NCBI RefSeq assembly: GCF_004010195.1
Contig: NC_057746.1
Coordinates: forward strand, 15,604,544-15,668,543
DNA: 64,000 nucleotides
DNA from: Chiloscyllium plagiosum
Taxonomy: Eukaryota
Reading direction: 5' to 3'
Part shown: positions 12,238 to 24,967 of the stretch, one piece after another
Layout of the letters: the number at the start of each line of letters is the position of its first letter
Position numbering within the stretch: position 1 is the stretch's first letter
Position numbers and translations under genes: made by a program
The notes under the pieces: generated by a model
What the model saw: the letters and a program-made list of their open reading frames with translations, nothing else
Told to the model about the DNA's origin: nothing
The model's database searches: none

Positions 12238-13148
12238 TCAGTTGCTTTGCTTGTTCTTTAATTCAATAATTGACCTAATTAGGTATTTCACTGCAATCAG
12301 CAGCTGCTCTCTGAACTTGGATTGAGTTACCCCATAAATAAATGCATTTGTGCAGCAATTTAAACTCAGCACCATAACAGCAACTTCTGCAAAGATATAT
12401 AAAGAATCATTGTAGTATGTGGGTTTAATTCCAGTAACGGCATAATATAAGAAGTCTATAACATATAAAAGCCAAAGTAATATGAAACTTCCGGATATGG
12501 TGAAGAGGAAAATCACAGACTTTCTTCTGCTCTCCATCTCCTGATCACTGCAATTCTCTCCTTTGCTCTGACTTCTCAGCCCTTTGCGAACCCGACTGGT
12601 CACCAAAATGTGTCTGATTGTCAGAGCATTCAGTAACAGAATCAAAGCATATGGGAGCAACGGAGTTAAAATCTGATCAAACCAGTCAAACCCCAACCAT
12701 GCGGGGTCAGTATGATAGCTTGCCTTCTTCATACAGTACAAGGGGATATTGTCAATTATCGCTGCAGGTTCATAGGTAAAGTAAAATGGAATGTCTTTGA
12801 AACAAAGTGAAATGCAGGTTGTTGTTAGCACTATAGTTGCGAGCCTCTTGGTACAATATTTTCTTTTCAGATTCTGGCAACATATCATCACAAATCGATC
12901 AAAGGAGAAAGTGACAGTGAACCAGACAGAACATTCTGTTGCTGCATAAAACAGGACAATAATAATGCTGCAGACAGGGGTGACGTTCAGGAAAGATTCT
13001 GGGAAATAGTAAGAATTAATCTGCCACAGTACAACTCCAGTAATAATGACCAGTAGATCTGCCACTACCATGGCCACAAGGTAGAGAGTGATACAAATGG
13101 ATAGGCCACATTTCCCCTGTGTCAGGATCATAATTGCCACTATGTTAA
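12238..13148 (-). CDS. GPR139-like GPCR gene 1, coding exon 2
   Basis: ORF 12238-13140 extends to the acceptor tttcgtttccag|TTAAC at 13148; open to TGA. Confidence 0.93.
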
Positions 13149-16100
13149 CTGGAAACGAAAAGAGATGGCAAATTAGTGATGAAGCTTCTTACCATATCAA
13201 AAGATTTCTGACTCTTCTTGAGTCAGAAATTAAAACATTTAAACATAAAACACATTTCCAAAGTGACTCTAACTTAAATATGCCAATTTTCATGCTTCAA
13301 GAACATGTCTTGGGGTGAGCAACCGGCCTGCTTCAATATTGTGGTGAGGTTGGGAGTCTCTGATTTCACTTGTTTCTGAGTTTGAGTTTAATTGACTTTG
13401 GATTTTTGATTGGAAGAGAAACATGGCCAGAAATATGTGAACATCAAGAATGCAATACTGATCTCAGAATAAAGAAAGGCATGGAGGACAGTAGGTGTAA
13501 CATAAAACAGTTTGTAAGCATTCTGAGTTTGAAAAGGTGAGAAAAAGAAGCAGAAGAAAGAAGATCTGTGGGGGACAGAACTAAACATTCAACTCAAAAT
13601 TGAATTTCCAGAAACTTAGGGACAGAGAATTTGCAAAGTAACAAAGAAGGTAAAGGTTCCACATGTGGATTCACATATTATTGAAATTCATAAAGCAGTT
13701 AAACCCAGTCATAATAAAAATCAAACAAAATAAAACTGATATTCTGAAGAAATTGAGTTGAGAAATCAGAGATGTTATATTGAAGTGTATGAAACAGTTG
13801 AAGTATACCACAAAGGCTTTTTTCTTCATTTTACAGAAATAATTTAAGAACAAAGACATTGCAACATGTTCTACAAAGCTAATATCAGAACTGTGAGATT
13901 GTAAACTATCTGGAAATAAGGAGCAGGTTGGCATTGTTTGGAAAATAGATGGCTGAGGCCAGACCTAATGGAAGCTGTACATTTATGAATGCGTTTGATA
14001 GAGTCCATATTGAGAAGACAGAATTCAGAAGAAGCACCTTAGAATAATTAAGATGTGTAAATAGCTATAGAGCAATTAACTTGAATGCAGTGTAGATACA
14101 TTTAAGGGCTAACTAGCTAAGGACGTTGGGTAGAAAGTCATTATAAATATTCTGATCAGGATAAAATTAATTATGAAGGTCATATGAAGCAGAAACACTG
14201 TGAATTTTGCCATTTGTATGTAATCTGAGTAGTAATTACTCAAAGTAATCAATTCCTTTACTTAGTACACAATATTGTTTATTAATAAGATTCTATGTTC
14301 GCATTGTAGCAAGGCATTGTTCATATTTACTATCCAGGGACTAACATCTGATGCCTGAAAGCCCTATTTAAGTCTTCAATTATCGGTGCCATTGTCCAAA
14401 GAAACACACTTCACTATCTCAGGGCAAAGGCTGCTATAGGTACACGTGTTGCAACTTTGCGTCTCGGGTAATTACTGGTTCATCAAAAAAAATGAATCAG
14501 TTACAGAAGTAACCCATTTAATTACCGTAGGCTGACACTCAGTTCCTACAACAGACAGATCATGAAAATAAGAAATTCATGACCTACAGATTCTTAGGAC
14601 AGTAGTAGATGAAGGGGATTAATCTGCAACAAATTGACAAAAAATATCTCAAATACGTCATTAGCTTGATGAGTTGAATGGTGTAACAGTTCTGTCTTGC
14701 TGTTTACCTGCCAGTAACTTGTGTTTTTATGTATCTATTGATGCTGTTCAAGTGGAATCATTGCGATATGACACTGCACTTCAGAGACTGATTCTGAAAC
14801 TTTAACAAAGAACAAGAATTCAAAGTTTGTGCGAAGATTTGTAGCTCGGGTGCTCGTTGTTGTGGTTCTGTTCGCCGAGCTGGAAGTTTTTGTTGCAAAC
14901 GTTTCGTCCCCTGGCTAGGCGACATCATCAGTGCTTCGCACTGGCTTCGCAGGAGGCTCCCAAGCACTGATGATGTCGCCTAGCCAGGGGACGAAACGTT
15001 TGCAACAAAAACTTCCAGCTCGGCGAACCACAACAAAGAACATGAATATTTCCATTGCCCATTATATTCATATAACAACAAGGCAGCTCCATGGAGTGCA
15101 GTGTTCAGTCATCTGATTGAAAAAAAGAGCAAACTTGTTTTATTTCTATTAGTGAGACACATTCAGTACCGTTCTATTCTGACAGACACCCTAATAATGC
15201 ATACTCTCTAAGCATTGCCTTCCCTGATAATCTGATTCACCAATGCCTAATATTTTTAATTTTAGTTACAAACAAGTTTGCTGTCAATGCAATGGAGTGA
15301 AATGACAAAGGTATTTTGGATACTTGACTTAAAAAATGATATCACAAACTGACTTTGTATATAATGATAAACATTAGACCAGCATATATCATTACCAGTC
15401 TTGAGACTACAACACCAGGAGCAATAGGAAAAGGAATGGCCATTCAGCCATTCAGCTCTTGAGAGTCTGCTCCTCCATTCAGTAGGATCATGGACAGACA
15501 TTCCTCACATCCACTTCCCTGCATTTTCCCTCTTAGTTTACTGGCCAGGAATCTATCTTCCCCTATCTTAAATGTACATAAGGACTCTGCCTCTCAGCTC
15601 TCTGTGACAGGGTGTTTCAAAAACTTACAACTTTTGGAGAAGAAATTCCTCCTCATTTCAGACTTAAATTGGCATCCTTTTATTCTGAGACTGTACTCTC
15701 TGGTCCTAGACTCTCCCATGAGGGGAAGCATCCTTGCAGCATTTACCCTGCCAAGCCCCTTAAGAATCCTGTCTGTTTCAATGTGATCATGTCTGATCCT
15801 TCTAAACTGCAATGAATAGAATCCCAACTTGTTTAGCCTTTACTCAGAAGGCAATCCATCCACATCAGGGATCATCCTCGTGCACTTTCTCTGCTTTGAC
15901 TTCAATGGAATGTTACTTTGCTTTAAGTTCGGTGACTAAAACTAATCCAGGTGCGATCTCACCAACACCTTGTTCAGTGACAGTAAGAATTCCCTCCTCT
16001 TCTTATTCAAACCCCTTGAAATAAGGGCCAACTTTCTATTAGTTTTCCTGATTCCTTGCTGCACCTGTGTGCTAGCTTTCTGTATTTTGTGCACAGAGAC

Positions 16101-19100
16101 CACTAAGTCCCTTTGTGTTGCCACTTTCATTGAATAGAACTAGATAACCACATTCAACTTCAGTGGTTATGATTAATTATCAGAAATACCAACAGCAAGA
16201 ATCATGTCTGTATCTTTCTGATACTATGAAATGCTTTCACACTTTTCTGTGTAAAGTGATCTGTCCCATAGATCTCTGTTAAATTCTTAAAGCGACTCAT
16301 GCTCAGCATATTCACTCACGTGAGATCGCCAGAGTGAATTTGAGATTTTGACATAATTTAAATTCCATTCATTCATTGTAAAAGTTAACTGTCTATGACA
16401 GCAAAATTAACTCCTGCTTGCCATCAAATATATTTGGAGTTGAGATTAAACTGGCAATCTCTAAAGACTGAACAATTTTAATTGCATTTGTTTACTTATG
16501 AAAGGTAGAAGTAATTCACGTCCAACAAAGGTATTGATCATTCGATCACTATCAGCTCCATCTATTGAGCTCCTAATGTCTCTGTGATCATTTTGCTCTG
16601 TTCATTCACAATTCAATTTCAAACTTGCAATATCCTCTTAGGGCTACTCACTGCACTCTAGCTGTGTACTGTAACTGTAGTCCTTCAGTTAAGTAATTCA
16701 AGTAGGGACTTTGTGCCTATGGAGTCCCAGACTAATACAGTCTCTCTCAAATTAAATTGACAATGATAGATATTTTCAAGGAAGCCCTCTGCAAGTTCCC
16801 TGTGCTGATGTCAGATTCAGCTCGACATGATATTCTATTGAAGGAAATAACTTGATAATTCAGATGCACTGTCCCAAGCTAATCCAACCATTAAATCTAT
16901 TACAGCATGTAAATGCAGGATGGAAATAGCAGTTCAGCATTCCAGGTAACAAGATTTACAAATGAGATATCGGACTACCTTTGCCTGTCAGACTATTCCA
17001 GTCTATAGATAGTTTCAAGTCTCCAATGATTATTGCTGTGCCTTTCTGATAAGCTTTCATTACATCTTCCTTTCCTACTATGTAGTTCATGTTACAGGAT
17101 AAGAACACCATTCTCACATGTGCCTTCTTGCCAGTATCAATTCTAAATTCTGCCAAACTGTTTCCACATGTTGGTTTCCTGAACTCAGGCCATTCCATTC
17201 TACTATGCTGATGCCATCATTAACAAACAAAGTCATCCCTTCACCATTTCCTGGTATCCTATCATTCTGACATGCCCTGTACCCTCCAAGATTCAGTCCC
17301 AAATACTTGCCATTCTGCAGCCATGTCTCGGTACTGGCTTCCAGATTGTCTTCGGAACCCTCCAACCACAAGGGATGCACTCAGATTTCTCCAGTTTCCT
17401 CATTTCCCCTCCCCCCACCTTGTCTCAGTCGAATCCCTCGAACTCAGCACCGCCTTCCTAACCTGCAATCTTCTTCCTGACCTCTCCACCCCCACCCCCA
17501 CTCCGGCCTATCACCCTCACTTTGACCGCCTTCCACCTATCACATTTCCAATGCCCCTCCCCCAAGTCCCTCCTCCCTACCTTTTATCTTAGCAAGCTGG
17601 ACACACTTCCTCATTCTTGAAGAACGGCTCATACCCGAAACGTCGATTCTCCTGTTCCTTGGATGCTGCCTGACCTGCTGTGCTTTTCCAGCAACACATT
17701 TTCAGCTCTGATCTCCAGCATCTGCAGTCCTCACTTTCTCCTTATGTATCTATTACTATTACACCAGTTGCATTTCAAACAATGGTTGGTTTCAGACTCA
17801 GAGCATTTAGAGCTATAGAGTTACAGAGATGTACAGAACGAAACAGACCCTTTGGTCCAACTCGTCCATGCCAACCAGACATCCTAAACTAATCTGGTCC
17901 TATTTGCCAGCACTTGGTCCATATCACTCTGAACCCTTCCTATTTACAGAGGAACTTCGATTATCCGGCATTCGATTATCCGAATTATCCGGACAAGATT
18001 GCAAAGTCTCAATGCTTGGCTAAACTGTGTTATCCAGCATTTGAATATCTGAATATTTGATGATCTGAACAAAATACTCCCCACCAAAATACTCATTCGG
18101 ATAATCAAAGTTTCTCAGTATATACCCATCTAGATGCCTTTTAAATGCTGTAACTGTACCAGTTTCCACCACTTCCTCTGGCAGCTCATTCCATACACGC
18201 ACCACTCTCTGTGTGAAAAGGTTGCCCTTTATGGCCCTTTTATATCTTTCCTTCTCACCCTAAATCTATGTCATCTAGTTCTGGACTTCCCCACCCCAGG
18301 GAAAAGACCTTGTCTGTTTATCATATCCATGCCCCTCATGATCTTATAAACATCAAAACGGTTACCCCTCAGCCTCCGATGCTCCAGGGAAAACAGCCCC
18401 AGCCTATTCAACCTCTCCCTGATAAAAGATACTCATTTATTATCTTCACCGTCCCCTGTGGCTCCACACATAGGCTGCCTTGCTGATCTTTGAGGGGCCC
18501 TATTCTCTCCCTAGTTACCCTTTTGCCATTAATATATTTGTAAAATCCCTTCAGATTTTCCTTAACCAATTTTCAAAAGTTATTTCATGTCCACTTTTTG
18601 CCCTCCTGATTTCTCTCCTAAGTATACTCTTACAGCTTTTATACTCTTCTAAGGATTCACTTGATCTATCCAGTCTATACCTGACATATGCTTCCTACTT
18701 TTTCTTAACCAAAACCTCAATTTCTCTCATTATCCAAAATCCCCTACACCTACCAACCTTTCCTTTCACCCTAATGGGAATATACTGCCTCTGGACTCAT
18801 GTCATCTCATTTCTGCCTGCCTTATTTCCCAAGGGTAGGTCAAGTTTTGCACCTTCTCTAGTAGGTACATCCACATACTGGATCAGAAAATCTTTTGTAC
18901 ACACTTAAATGACAGTCCAAGTCTATGTTTGGAAAGTTAAAATCCCCTACCATAACCACCTTATTATTCTTACACATAACTGAAATCTCTTTACAAATTT
19001 GTTTCTCAATTTCTCACTGAATGTTAAGGGGTCTATAATACAATTCCAATAAGGTGATCATCCCTTTCTTATTTCTCAGTCCCAACCAAATAACTTCCAT

Positions 19101-22100
19101 TGATGTATTTCCAGGAATATCCTTTGTACGTGCAGCAGTAATGCTATCACTTATCAAAAATGCCACTGACCACCCTCTCTCGACCCTTTTCTATCCTTCC
19201 TATGGCATTTGTATGATGGAACATTAAGCTGCCTGTCCTGTCCATCTTGAGCATGTTTCTGGAATTGCTATGATATCCTAACATGCCCAAAAGCTGATCT
19301 GCCTTCCCTGTTAGACCTCTTGCATTGAAGTAAATGCAGTTTAATTTATCAGTCCAACTTTGCTCTCTGCTTTGCTCCTGCCTGTCCTGACTTTTTGACT
19401 CGATCAGTTTCCCAACTGTACCAGTCTCAGAGTGAACCTTTTCCTCACTGTTTCCCTAGATCCCATCCCAACAACCACCCAGCCTCCCACACCCCCCTCC
19501 CTCCAACCTTACTAGTTTAAATCCTCCTGAGCAGCTCTAGCAAATCTCGCTACCAATATTAGTCCCCTTCTAATTTGGGTGCAATCTGTCCTTCTTGCAC
19601 AAGTCATTTCTACCCCAGAAGAAATGCTAATGATCCAAAAATGTGAACCCTTCTACCCTGCACAAGCTTCTCAGCCATGCATTCATCTGCTCTATCATCC
19701 TATTCCTATCCTCAGTAGCTCATAGCACCAGGAGTAATGCAGATATTACTACCCATGAAGACCACCTTTTTAAATTCCTGCCTAACTTCTATATTCTCCC
19801 CTTCAGAATCTCATCCTTTTCCCTTCCTGTATCATTAGTTTCAATGTGTCCAATGACCTCCTGCTGGTCCCTCTCCCGTTTGAGAACACTCTGCTCCTTC
19901 TCTGACAAATCCTTAATCCTAGCAGCAGTGAAGCAGCATAACATTCTGATATTTTGTAGTTGGTCGCAGAAACGCCTGTCTGTGCCTCTGATTAGAAAAT
20001 TCCCTATCACAGTTGAGTGCTTGGAACCCAATGTACCCCTCATTACATTACAACCAGTCTCAATATCAGAAAGCTGGCTGTTGGTGCTACATTCCCCTGA
20101 GAGTCCATCACCTGCTACATTTTCCAAAACAACATACTTGTTTGAAATGGGGATAGCCATAGAAGACTCCTGCACTAACTGACGACCCTTACTCGCTTTC
20201 CTGGAGTTTCATTTTCTCATTTAGTTTTATTAATTTACACTTCTTGTAAACATTGGTTGAGTTTTAGATTTATACTGTCTACCTGTTCTTGCGGATAATC
20301 TTTTTTTTTGGCCAAGACTCTATTCTTGCACTTGGTAAAACTTCCCAAATGTAGTATATTACCCGAATTATTTAGTTTAACATTGTCTCTACTTCCCCAG
20401 TCATGCAATTAGTCGTATTACCAGCCCCATAGAGATTATAAGGTCTGCAGATGCTGAAAAGTCAGAGTCGATAAAATGGGGTGCTGTAAGATGCATAGCA
20501 GGTCAAGCAGCATCAGAAGGGCAAGAGAGTCGATGTTTTATGTAGGACCTTCATCAGGGATAAAATGTCCTGCCCAAAATGTTGACTCTCCTGCTCTTCT
20601 GATGCCCAATACCAGCCTCAGCATGATTCAAATGGAGACTAACTCATTTTGCACATCCCATGCTTGTTCTCAGTCTCTCTGTATTAAAGAGTCATCCATG
20701 AACTCCTACATGCTGCTAATGCAACACAGCATCTGCTCAGCTAGCGTAACACATTCTAAGGAACAACTGAATTATTTTATTCAATTATGTCTTTATCATT
20801 GCTAGTTTTCTATATAACTACACTTGCTACAAATAACTCACCAGCTAACTAACTGCCTTCTTTTCAACTTTTGAATCCATTGTGAAAAGAAATTCACAAA
20901 ACCACTGAGATCTGATGTACTCAGAGAGAGAGGGGCCAATTTCCCATTGTGCCTCCACTGGCTCTTCAAATGATCATCAGTGCCTTAACCATTGATTACA
21001 TTCTTATAAGACAGAGGCAATTCCATGGGATGTAGAGATTATCACCTGAAGGAATGATTTAAAAATAGAGCCAAGCTGTTGCACACTGGTTAGCAAGCAG
21101 CAGTCAGCTCAACTATACAGTGACAGATACTATCAGTGATATCTGCCCTGGGGTTCAGTTGGTTGGATGGTTGGTTTGTGAAGCAGTGTAATGTCAACAG
21201 CATGGGTTCAATCCCACATACAGCTGAGGTTAACATGGAGGACTCATTCTCAACCTCTCCCCTTGTCTGAGGTGTGGTGGCCCTCAGGTTAAATCACCAC
21301 CAATCATCTCTCTCCATTGACAGAGCAGCCATATGGTCTGTTAAGACTGTGGCAACTTGACACCTAGCCTCCAAACATTGCCTTAGGTCACCAGATGTTG
21401 GAGTAGATGGCCATTTAGCCCATCAAGTTTGCTCAGCCATTCAATGAGATCACAGCTGAGCTGATAACCCTCAAATCCACATTCCTGCTTCACCCCCCAT
21501 AACCCTTGATTTCCTTAATAGTTAGAAATCTGTTGGTCTTGGCCACAAATGTACTTAACAACACAATGTCGACAGCTCTCTGAGATAAAGAATTTCACAG
21601 ATTCACCACTCTCTGAGAAAAGAAAATTGTACATATTGATGTACGTGATGTACATGAAGAACTCAAATGGGTGACCTCTTGTTCTGAGATCATGCCCTCT
21701 GACCCTAGACTCTCCCACAAGCAGAAACATTTCCACATCCACTTTGTCAAGCCCCCGACAAATCTTACATGATTGAATTTTAATGTCTAGTTCAGTTACA
21801 TACAGCAACTACACAATTCAGAGAAATGTGAGTCACAAAAGTTTATTGCATGTTTAGCAAGTACAATAAAGGCACAGAGGTAATTCAGGACATTTAATTG
21901 AACAGAAAGATGTCACTGTCCCAATTTTTTGCCTGATAGTCACTGCTAGATCAACATTTGACATTAACAGTCAGGTGGAGGCTGAGGGGAGACTTGATAG
22001 AAATCTATAAAAGTATGAGATGCACAGAGAGAGTTTATTGTTAGAATCTCTTTCTCAGAGTTGAAATGTCTAATAACTAGCGCGCATGACTAGCGCGCAT

Positions 22101-22515
22101 GCATTTAAAGTGAGAGGGGAAAAAGTTCAAAGGAGATGTGAGGGGCAAGTTTTTTACACACAGAGTGGTAGGAGTCTGAAATGCGCTGCCTGGGGTGGTG
22201 ATGCAGGCAGATATGATTGGGGCATTTAAGGAACTTTTAGATAAGCACATGAATACGCAAGGAATAGAGGGATGTGGACTAAGGGCAGGCAGAACAGATT
22301 AGTTTAATTTGACATCATGTTCGACATAGCATTGTTGGTAGAAGGGTCTGTTTCTGTGCTATTTTGTTCTATGTTCTAACAGCCATAGCATAAAACAAGG
22401 GACTTGGTCACACACAGCAAATGCACAACTTCAATGGTCAGAGTTTCTTACCAGGAACACCGATGACAGCAAGAATTGTACAGTATATATTCTTGAGACG
22501 GTGAAATGTCTCCAT
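12238..22515 (-). CDS. GPR139-like orphan class A GPCR, gene 1 (join 22515-22452, 13148-12238; 324 aa)
   Basis: Spliced product METFHRLKNIYCTILAVIGVP|VNIVAIMILTQGKCGLS... with 7 TM segments, ADLL in TM2, DRF in TM3 and NAFIY in TM7. Phase-1 GT-AG intron 13149-22451 at the GxP|xN position typical of GPR139/142-type genes. Confidence 0.9.
14820..15031. mobile_element. Penelope-like inverted pseudo-LTR remnant (67-bp perfect hairpin) with hammerhead motif
   Basis: Arms 14870-14936 and 14962-15028 are exact reverse complements. 16-bp TSD aacaaagaacaWgaat (14804-14819 / 15032-15047). CTGATGA...GAAACGTT core. Confidence 0.8.
15415..16130 (-). mobile_element. CR1 3' fragment
   Basis: ORFs GFYSLQFRRIR...GESRTREYSLRIKG...MRRNFFS and QRDLVVSVH...LVRSHLD. 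Confidence 0.85.
17350..17742 (+). mobile_element. Penelope-like element 3' end (GIY-YIG C-terminal relic plus pLTR)
   Basis: Hand translation FGTLQPQGMHSDFSSFLISPPP resembles the Penelope GIY-YIG end motif GTLxPxGxN. It is followed by a C-rich tract and ttgaagaacggctcatacccgaaacgtc. Confidence 0.7.
17810..20205 (-). mobile_element. CR1 element relic: ORF1 esterase-like part, ORF2 endonuclease, internal deletion and 3' end
   Basis: ORF 19789-20175 (IPISNKYVVL...IGNFLIRGTDRRFC...RMLCCF...HIETND) is a CR1 ORF1 SGNH-like relic; CR1 3' end at 17810-18420. Confidence 0.85.
17947..18118. mobile_element. pogo/Tigger-like MITE, second copy
   Basis: TA|cagaggaacttcgattatccg...ggataatcaaagtttctcag|TA; same family and same CR1 site as 5953-6113. 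Confidence 0.8.
20435..20610. mobile_element. Degenerate Penelope-like inverted pLTR remnant
   Basis: gcatcagaagggcaagagagtcgatgtttt is inverted against aaaatgttgactctcctgctcttctgatgc. Confidence 0.55.
21145..21360 (+). mobile_element. Third tRNA-derived SINE family
   Basis: Head gttcagttggttgga...gggttcaatccc; body matches 44830-45050. Confidence 0.7.
22452..22515 (-). CDS. GPR139-like GPCR gene 1, coding exon 1
   Basis: ATG GAG ACA...GGT GTT CCT G|gtaaga; 64 nt, homologous to gene 2 exon 1. Confidence 0.88.
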
Positions 22516-23086
22516 ACTTGCCCCCCTGAAAAGTGAGCCATTCCTTTGTGCATCAAGCAATCACTCTGTATTAAACTCTAAGGTGAGACATTTGCAGAAC
22601 CTTTATTGTTTACCCAGTGGGATCATCAGGAGAGGTTGCCACATCATTTAAATTAGATTCTATATTTTAAAAATAACACAAGTAAACAATTTATGACAGC
22701 TAAATTAGGTCATTCATGTCACTGGATATATTCAGTGTTGAGACTAAATTAAGAAACTCTAAAGATTTTATGATGTTTCTTTATACTGATAAAAACTGCA
22801 AACTATTTTTGTCCAGCAAATATGTTGATCATTTGAACACTCAATCTTTAAATCTCCTATTATTTCAGTTATTATTTTGCTCTGTTCTATTCCCCATTTT
22901 GTGTTGTCCTATCTGGGCCGATCATTGCATTGTGGCTGCCCCTTTATTTGAGATCATTCAATGAACCTAATCAAGTGGAGAAGGTTTTTCTGTGGATTGT
23001 CAAACTTACAGACTTGTACAACACAGAAAAGGACCCTTCGGATCAACTGCTCCAAGCTGACCAGATATTCTCAGTTAACCTAGTCC

Positions 23087-23285
23087 CATTTGCCAGCAAC
23101 TGGCCTTTATCTCTCTTAACTCTTCCTATTCATGTACCCATTCAGAGGCCTTTCAAATGCCCGAAGGGCCTGTTTCCACATTGTAAGTAATCTAATCTAA
23201 TCTAATCTAATCATTTGCCAGCAACTGGCCTTTATCTCTCTTAACTCTTCCTATTCATGTACCCATTCAGAGGCCTTTCAAATGC
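23087..23285 (+). repeat. 51-nt HE1-type 3' tail insertion (23161-23211) between identical 74-bp direct repeats
   Basis: 23087-23160 equals 23212-23285; the insert is ccgaagggcctgtttccaca...(taatc)n. Confidence 0.9.
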
Positions 23286-23709
23286 TGTAATTGTCCCAGC
23301 CTTCACCATTTCTTCTGACATTTCAATCCATACATGCAACACTTACTGCAAGAAAAGATTGCCCCTCAGGTCTCTTTTAAATTTCCCCATTCCCCCTTCA
23401 ACCTGTGCTCTCTTGTTTGGACTTCCCTATCCTGGGAAAAAAGGCTTTGGATATCCAAAGCCCCAGTCTGTTCAGATTTCCCCCATATCTCAAACTCTCC
23501 AACCCCAGCAACATGCTTGTAAATCTTTTCTGCACCCTTTCAAGTTTAACAAGACTACAGCAGAGACCAAAACTGAATAAAATATTCTAAAAGTGGCCAA
23601 CTAACGTCCTGTATAGCCACACTCCTATACTCAATGCACTGAGCAATAAAGGCAAGTGTACCAAACATTATCTTCACAACTTTGTCTACTTGTGACTTCA
23701 AATATTCAT

Positions 23710-24050
23710 AAAAGCCTTACATTGTGGAAACAGGCCCTTTGGCCCAACAAGTCCACATTGATTCTCTGAAGAATATCCCACCTAAACTCATTCCCCATTA
23801 CATTACATTTACCCCTGACTAATGCATCTAACCTACACATCCCTGAAAACTATGGGCAATTTAGCATGGCCAATTCACCTAAACTGCACATCTTTGGATT
23901 GTTGGAGGAAACGGAGCACCCGGAGGCAACCCACACAGTCATGGGGAGAATGTGCAAACTCCGCACAGACAGTCAACCGTGGCTGGAATCAAACCCAGGT
24001 CCCTGACGCTGTGAGGCATTGTGCTAACCAATGAGCCACGGTGCCACTCC
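23710..24050 (-). mobile_element. HE1-like SINE inserted in a CR1 fragment
   Basis: Reverse-complement HE1 head, core and tail within the CR1 relic at about 23000-24330. Confidence 0.8.
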
Positions 24051-24650
24051 AATTTCACCTTCAAGGAAATACAAACCTGCACCTCAAGATCTCTTCGCTC
24101 AGCAACACTTCCCAGAACACTACCATTAAGTGTAGAAGTCCTGTCCTGATTTGCTTAACCCAAATGCAGGACCTCATATTTATGTAAACTAAACTCCATC
24201 TGCTACTCCATGGCCGTTCGGCCCATTTGATCAAGGTCCCATTGGCCTTTGAGATAACCTTCTTCACTGTCCACTACACCACCAATTTTGGCATCATCTG
24301 TAAACTTACTAACTACTCTTCCTGCATTCAGGACTCTCCTGCATCCTGCAAATGCTTTGAGGGCTGCGTGTAGTGTTTGAGTGCTGCATAAGCATTGGAT
24401 TAATTTTCACTTGCCCACATTGTCAGGACAGGTATCATTCCACGTAAGAGTGCCATGCATTAAACTTCCAGGTCTGGCAGACATAGAAGCAGCCCTGTGC
24501 TAGGTGCACCATAGAAGGCTTTGCTTCAGTTCAGTGGTGAGCACTGCTGCCTCACAGTGCCAGGGACCCTGGTTTGATTCCAGCCTTGGGTGACTGTTGG
24601 TGTGGGTTTCCTCCCACAATCGCAGGTTAGGTGAATTGGCTATGCTAAAT

Positions 24651-24967
24651 GGGCGGCACGGTGGCACAGTGGTTAGCACTGCTGCCTCACAGCGCCAGAG
24701 ACCCGGGTTCAATTCCCGCCTCAGGCGACTAACTGTGTGGAGTTTGCACGTTCTCCCCGTGTCTGCGTGGGTTTCCTCCGGGTGCTCCGGTTTCCTCCCA
24801 CAGTCCAAAGATGTGCAGGGCCAGGTGAATTGGCTATACTAAATTGCCCGTAGTGTTAGGTAAGGGGTAAATGTAGGGGTATGGGTGGGTTTCGCTTCGG
24901 CGGGTCGGTGTGGACTTGTTGGGCCGAAGGGCCTGTTTCCACACTGTAAGTAATCTAATCTAATCTA
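24651..24967 (+). mobile_element. Young HE1-like SINE nested in an older HE1 (about 24530-25130)
   Basis: Full-length consensus-like copy interrupting the older copy after gctaaat. Confidence 0.9.

Noticed and set aside
12238-13148. Calling the GPCRs olfactory receptors or true GPR139
   Set aside because: They lack OR motifs (MAYDRYVAIC, KAFxTC) and have a coding intron; being tandem paralogues, orthology to GPR139 is not established.
22076-22101. 13-bp tandem duplication actagcgcgcatg
   Set aside because: Local slippage inside a CR1 3' fragment; no sign of function.
24500-24842. Recurrent ORFs such as DCGRKPEHPEETHADTGRTCKLHT (also at 32166 and 51702)
   Set aside because: Translations of the HE1 SINE, not genes.
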